Source of the DNA: Acidimicrobiales bacterium
GTDB taxonomy: Bacteria; Actinomycetota; Acidimicrobiia; Acidimicrobiales; SHLQ01
Direction: 5' to 3'
Length of the DNA stretch: 58,311 bases
NCBI GenBank assembly: GCA_051011595.1
Contig: JBPCTQ010000065.1
Coordinates: forward strand, 1-58,311
The translations under genes were made by a program, and so were the position numbers. Positions 55,046-58,311 of the stretch are shown here, piece by piece. Numbering within the stretch: position 1 is the first letter of the stretch; every line of letters begins with the position of its first letter. The notes below the pieces were generated by a model. It saw only the letters and a program-made list of their open reading frames with translations. It was not told the DNA's origin and ran no database searches.

Positions 55046-56457
55046 CAGAACTGGAAGTAGAGGAACGGGCTGAACGTCTGCGACGAAACGACGATCAACG
55101 CGGCGGGTAGGGCCAGGGTCATGAGCAGGGTTCGGCCCGCGGCAATGGTGCGGCTGTCGGGTTCGAGCAGGCGGCGCCGGCCCGGCTCGCGGTGGGGAAC
55201 CACGAACACCACCGATGCCAGGATCATCACCAACAGCGCCCGGCTGTCCAACGCCGCGCCGATGGTGTCGTTGTCGAACGAGAAGTCGAACCGCCCCAGG
55301 GCGGCCAACACTTCGCCGGCCCGGTCGAGGGTGGGTGCTCGGAAGATGATCCAGCCCACCATGACGATGGCGAGGGTGACCACCCGACCGCCGGGACCCG
55401 GCAACAGGCGTCCCCCGAATCGGCGCTCCACCAGCAACCACACGCCGTGATAGGCCCCCCAGATGACGAAGGTCCACGCCGCGCCGTGCCACAACCCGGT
55501 GAGTCCGAACACGATGATCAGGTTGCGCTGGGTGTGGCCGGTGCGGTTGCCCCCCAGCGGGATGTACACGTAGTCGCGGAACCAGTGCGACAGGGTCATG
55601 TGCCAGCGCCGCCAGAATTCGGTGACCGACTCGCTGGTGTAGGGCCGGTCGAAGTTCTCGGGAAAACGAAAACCCAGCATCAGGCCGAGGCCGATGGCCA
55701 TGTCGGAGTACCCCGAGAAGTCGAAGTAGAGCTGGAGGGTGTACGCCACGGTGCCGACGATGGCCTCGGTGGTCGACAGCGACCCGGTGGCCGGGTCGAA
55801 GACGGCGTCGGCCACCACGCCGATGGTGTCGGCCACCAACACCTTCTTGGCCAGCCCGAAGCTGAACCGGACCACACCGTCGCTGACTCCGTCGAGCGAG
55901 ATGGTGCGATCGAGGAGCTGGGCGTGGATCTCGCCGTAGCGCACGATGGGCCCGGCGATGAGCTGAGGAAACAGGGCGATGAACAGCAGGTAGTCACGGA
56001 AGCGGGCGACCGGTTCGTCGCGACCGGTGGCCACGTCGATGCTGTAACTCAGGCGCTGGAAGGTGAAGAAGCTGATCCCCACCGGCAGCACCACATCGCT
56101 CAGCCACGACGGTGCATCACCCAGACCGAGCAGCGGACCGAACACGTCGTCGGCCAGGAAGCCGGCGTACTTGAAGTAGGCCAACACACCCAGGTTGAGC
56201 ACGACCGAGGCGATGAGCGCCCGCTTCACGGTGGCATCGTCGCCCCCGAGCCGGGCCTCGTGGGCCCGGTCGACGATGCGGTAGTCGATGGCACTGGTGG
56301 CCACCAGCATCAGCACGAACCACCCACTCCCCCACGCGTAGAAGAGCAGGCTGAACGCCAGCAGCGCCGTGTTGCGCGAACGCGGCGGCAGGGCCCAGAC
56401 CACGGCCAGGGTGATCGGGAGGAAGAAGAACAGAAAGGTGATCGAGCTGAAGACCAC
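55045..56457 (-). CDS. MBOAT-family membrane O-acyltransferase (AlgI/DltB-like)
   Basis: ORF track 470 aa. MVFSSITFLFFFLP start and FWRRWHMTLSHWFRDYVYIPLGGNR catalytic-His block. Confidence 0.85.
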   Translation of the reverse strand: MVFSSITFLFFFLPITLAVVWALPPRSRNTALLAFSLLFYAWGSGWFVLMLVATSAIDYRIVDRAHEARLGGDDATVKRALIASVVLNLGVLAYFKYAGFLADDVFGPLLGLGDAPSWLSDVVLPVGISFFTFQRLSYSIDVATGRDEPVARFRDYLLFIALFPQLIAGPIVRYGEIHAQLLDRTISLDGVSDGVVRFSFGLAKKVLVADTIGVVADAVFDPATGSLSTTEAIVGTVAYTLQLYFDFSGYSDMAIGLGLMLGFRFPENFDRPYTSESVTEFWRRWHMTLSHWFRDYVYIPLGGNRTGHTQRNLIIVFGLTGLWHGAAWTFVIWGAYHGVWLLVERRFGGRLLPGPGGRVVTLAIVMVGWIIFRAPTLDRAGEVLAALGRFDFSFDNDTIGAALDSRALLVMILASVVFVVPHREPGRRRLLEPDSRTIAAGRTLLMTLALPAALIVVSSQTFSPFLYFQF

Positions 56458-56489
56458 GCCGAGAAACGTCTGCTACCGGTGCCCGGCCG

Positions 56490-57470
56490 TCACGAGCCGA
56501 CGTCGATCACGATCTTGCCCACGTTGGTGTTGGTGGCCATGAGCTCGTGGGCCGAGGCGATGTCGTCGAGGGCGAATCGACGATCGATGACCGGGGCCAG
56601 TTCGCCATTGTCGAACCGGCCCGACATCTCGCGTTTGAAGCGCTGGGTCAGCGCGATCTTCTCCTCGAGCGGACGGGACCGGAGCACGGTGCCGATGAGC
56701 GACGCTCGCAGCGGCAACAGCCGGCTGACGTTGATCTGGGCCTGGGCTTCGCCCATGACACCGACCTGGATGATGCGGCCCTGCACGGCCAGGCAGGCGA
56801 GGTTGCGATCGACGTAGTCGCCACCGATGACGTCGAGAATCACATCGACACCGGTCCCGCCGGTGGCGTCACGGACGGCGTCGACGAAATCAGTGGCGGT
56901 GTAGTCGATGGCCAGGTCGGCACCGAGCTGGCGGCACCGGTCGACCTTGCCCGATGACGCGGTGACGAAGATGTCGGCCCCGTACGCCTTGGCGATCTGG
57001 ATGGCGGCGGTGCCCACACCCGACGCGCCGGCGTGTACCAGGGCACGGCGCCCGGCCGTGAGTCCACCCTGGACCACCAGCGCATCCCATGCGGTGAGGA
57101 ACACCTCGGGAATGGCCCCGGCATCGGCCACCGTGACCGTTGTCGGCACCGGCAACACCTGTCGGTGGTGCACCGCCAGGCGCTCGGCGTGGGCCCCACC
57201 GCCGACGATGCCCATCACCGCATCACCAACCTCGACTCCGGCGACCAGCGATCCCACGGCGGCCACCGTGCCGGCGAACTCGAGCCCGGGAACCTCGTGT
57301 TCGGTGGGCGGGCCCGGGTACAAACCCATCCGCTGCAGCAGATCGGCTCGGTTCATGGCCGTCGCCACCACATCGACGAGCAGGTCCTCGGGCCCGCATT
57401 CGGGGTCGGGGATCTCGCGCACGGCGAGCACCTCGGGCCCTCCGTACTCTTCGAGCACTACGGCGCGCAT
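56490..57470 (-). CDS. NAD(P)H:quinone oxidoreductase (MDR, PIG3/Qor-like)
   Basis: ORF track 326 aa. MRAVVLEEYGGPEVL, NRADLLQRMGLYP, ALVHAGASGVGTAAIQIAK. Confidence 0.85.
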   Translation of the reverse strand: MRAVVLEEYGGPEVLAVREIPDPECGPEDLLVDVVATAMNRADLLQRMGLYPGPPTEHEVPGLEFAGTVAAVGSLVAGVEVGDAVMGIVGGGAHAERLAVHHRQVLPVPTTVTVADAGAIPEVFLTAWDALVVQGGLTAGRRALVHAGASGVGTAAIQIAKAYGADIFVTASSGKVDRCRQLGADLAIDYTATDFVDAVRDATGGTGVDVILDVIGGDYVDRNLACLAVQGRIIQVGVMGEAQAQINVSRLLPLRASLIGTVLRSRPLEEKIALTQRFKREMSGRFDNGELAPVIDRRFALDDIASAHELMATNTNVGKIVIDVGS

Positions 57471-57553
57471 CGTTCCTCCCGATCGGCCACCATGTCCGAA
57501 GCAACCTACTGCGTGGGTCGGGCCTGCCGGTGGGGGCCGGTAGCGTCCACCCG

Positions 57554-58225
57554 ATGAGCAACGACGGCGTCCACCTCGACATCGAGCAGCACGGCGCGGG
57601 CCCGGCGCTGGTCTTCACCCACGGCTGGGTCGACGATCGGTCGGTGTGGGCCGGTGTGGTCGACGACCTCGCCGACGATCACGCCTGCACCAGCTGGGAT
57701 CTACGGGGCCACGGTGCCAGCGACGCTCCGCCACCCGGCCAGTACACCCGCGATCACGCCCTCGACGATCTCGCCCGAGTTGTTGCCGCCACCACCACGC
57801 CCGTGGTGCTGGCCGGCCACTCCCTGGGCGGCTACCTCTCGTTGGCCTACACCCTGCGCCACCCCGACCAGGTAGCCGCGCTGGTGTTGGTGGCGGCCGG
57901 GCCGGGATTTCGCAAGGAGGAAGCCCGCCAGCAGTGGAACGAGTCCGTCGACCAGTCCGCAACCAAGCTCGACGTGGCACCCGGTTCGGAGATGATCTCC
58001 AAACACACCGATTCGTGGGTGATCGACAACCTGGCCGAGATCACCGTGCCCGTGTGCACGATCCTGGGCGAACACGACAAACGCTTCGCGGCGTCGGCCG
58101 GGCTGTTCGCCAAGACCCTCGACGTGCGTTCATCGGTGGTGGTGCCCGACGCCGGCCACTCGGTGCACCGCAAGGCACCGGCTGCCGTGGCCGATGCCAT
58201 CCGGTCCTTCCTGGCCGACATCTGA
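57554..58225 (+). CDS. alpha/beta-fold hydrolase
   Basis: ORF track 57140..58225, trimmed to ATG 57554. LVFTHGW, nucleophile elbow LAGHSLGG, C-terminal PDAGHSVH. Confidence 0.85.
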   Translation: MSNDGVHLDIEQHGAGPALVFTHGWVDDRSVWAGVVDDLADDHACTSWDLRGHGASDAPPPGQYTRDHALDDLARVVAATTTPVVLAGHSLGGYLSLAYTLRHPDQVAALVLVAAGPGFRKEEARQQWNESVDQSATKLDVAPGSEMISKHTDSWVIDNLAEITVPVCTILGEHDKRFAASAGLFAKTLDVRSSVVVPDAGHSVHRKAPAAVADAIRSFLADI

Positions 58226-58253
58226 CCCCCCCCAGGGGAGGCCAAAACGTCTC

Positions 58254-58284
58254 GACCGGCCGGAGACGCTTCATCCGGCCGGTC
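58254..58284 (+). terminator. candidate intrinsic terminator
   Basis: GACCGGCCGG-N11-CCGGCCGGTC (10-bp GC stem) lies 29 nt after the hydrolase stop and is followed by GAUGUUCUGU. Confidence 0.35.
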
Positions 58285-58311
58285 GATGTTCTGTGGATGC
58301 CCGGGCCCGTG

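Overview
This is a very GC-rich, GC3-skewed, densely packed chromosomal segment. It looks actinobacterial: a TCGAAC-N4-GTTCGA LexA box, a DUF222-HNH gene, a DinB/TIGR03086-type protein, many GTGA/ATGA-coupled genes, apparently leaderless starts, and abundant long antisense shadow ORFs. I call about 50 CDS. I see no rRNA, tRNA, CRISPR array, transposase or integrase, and no recognisable complete defence system.

Gene content in order:
- Two tandem BNR beta-propeller proteins. The first is cut by the left edge and is absent from the ORF track.
- An NHL propeller and a GH43 enzyme that share one Cys-framed RTX module.
- Envelope and lipid genes: a serine hydrolase lipoprotein, an MprF-like TM protein, a UbiB kinase and a class 3 lipase.
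- A TetR-linked catabolic island: three amidohydrolase-2 genes, an SDR, an ADC-like gene, a PaaI thioesterase, a methyltransferase and a PhyH dioxygenase.
- An RCK cation channel beside an adenylate-cyclase-STAND-TPR protein, then deoC.
- A stress cluster: YegP, an AhpD-like gene, an APH(6)-like kinase and a DinB-like gene.
- A LexA-boxed HNH gene.
- A TetR-controlled operon of FAR-HAD, a LarA-like gene and PlsC.
- GntR plus a mitochondrial-type aconitase, a Pro/Thr-rich Hsp70-like membrane protein, a HAD-PlsC fusion, LysR, deoD, a carboxyltransferase, gltA, an MBOAT/AlgJ-like pair, a quinone oxidoreductase and an alpha/beta hydrolase.

Most interesting observations:
1. An AhpD/CMD-family gene has a single in-frame TGA exactly at the second Cys of the CxxC-x3-H active site. 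It is either a candidate selenoprotein or a fresh pseudogene.
2. Three tandem hairpins, each displaying the same UUCCCCC loop, sit behind a good promoter upstream of the HAD-PlsC gene. This is a 6C-like sRNA or a structured leader.
3. The translationally coupled FAR-HAD / LarA-like / PlsC operon has no pathway I can name.
4. A shared RTX module is grafted onto unrelated secreted domains.

All functional calls come from motif recognition by eye. No database searches were run.
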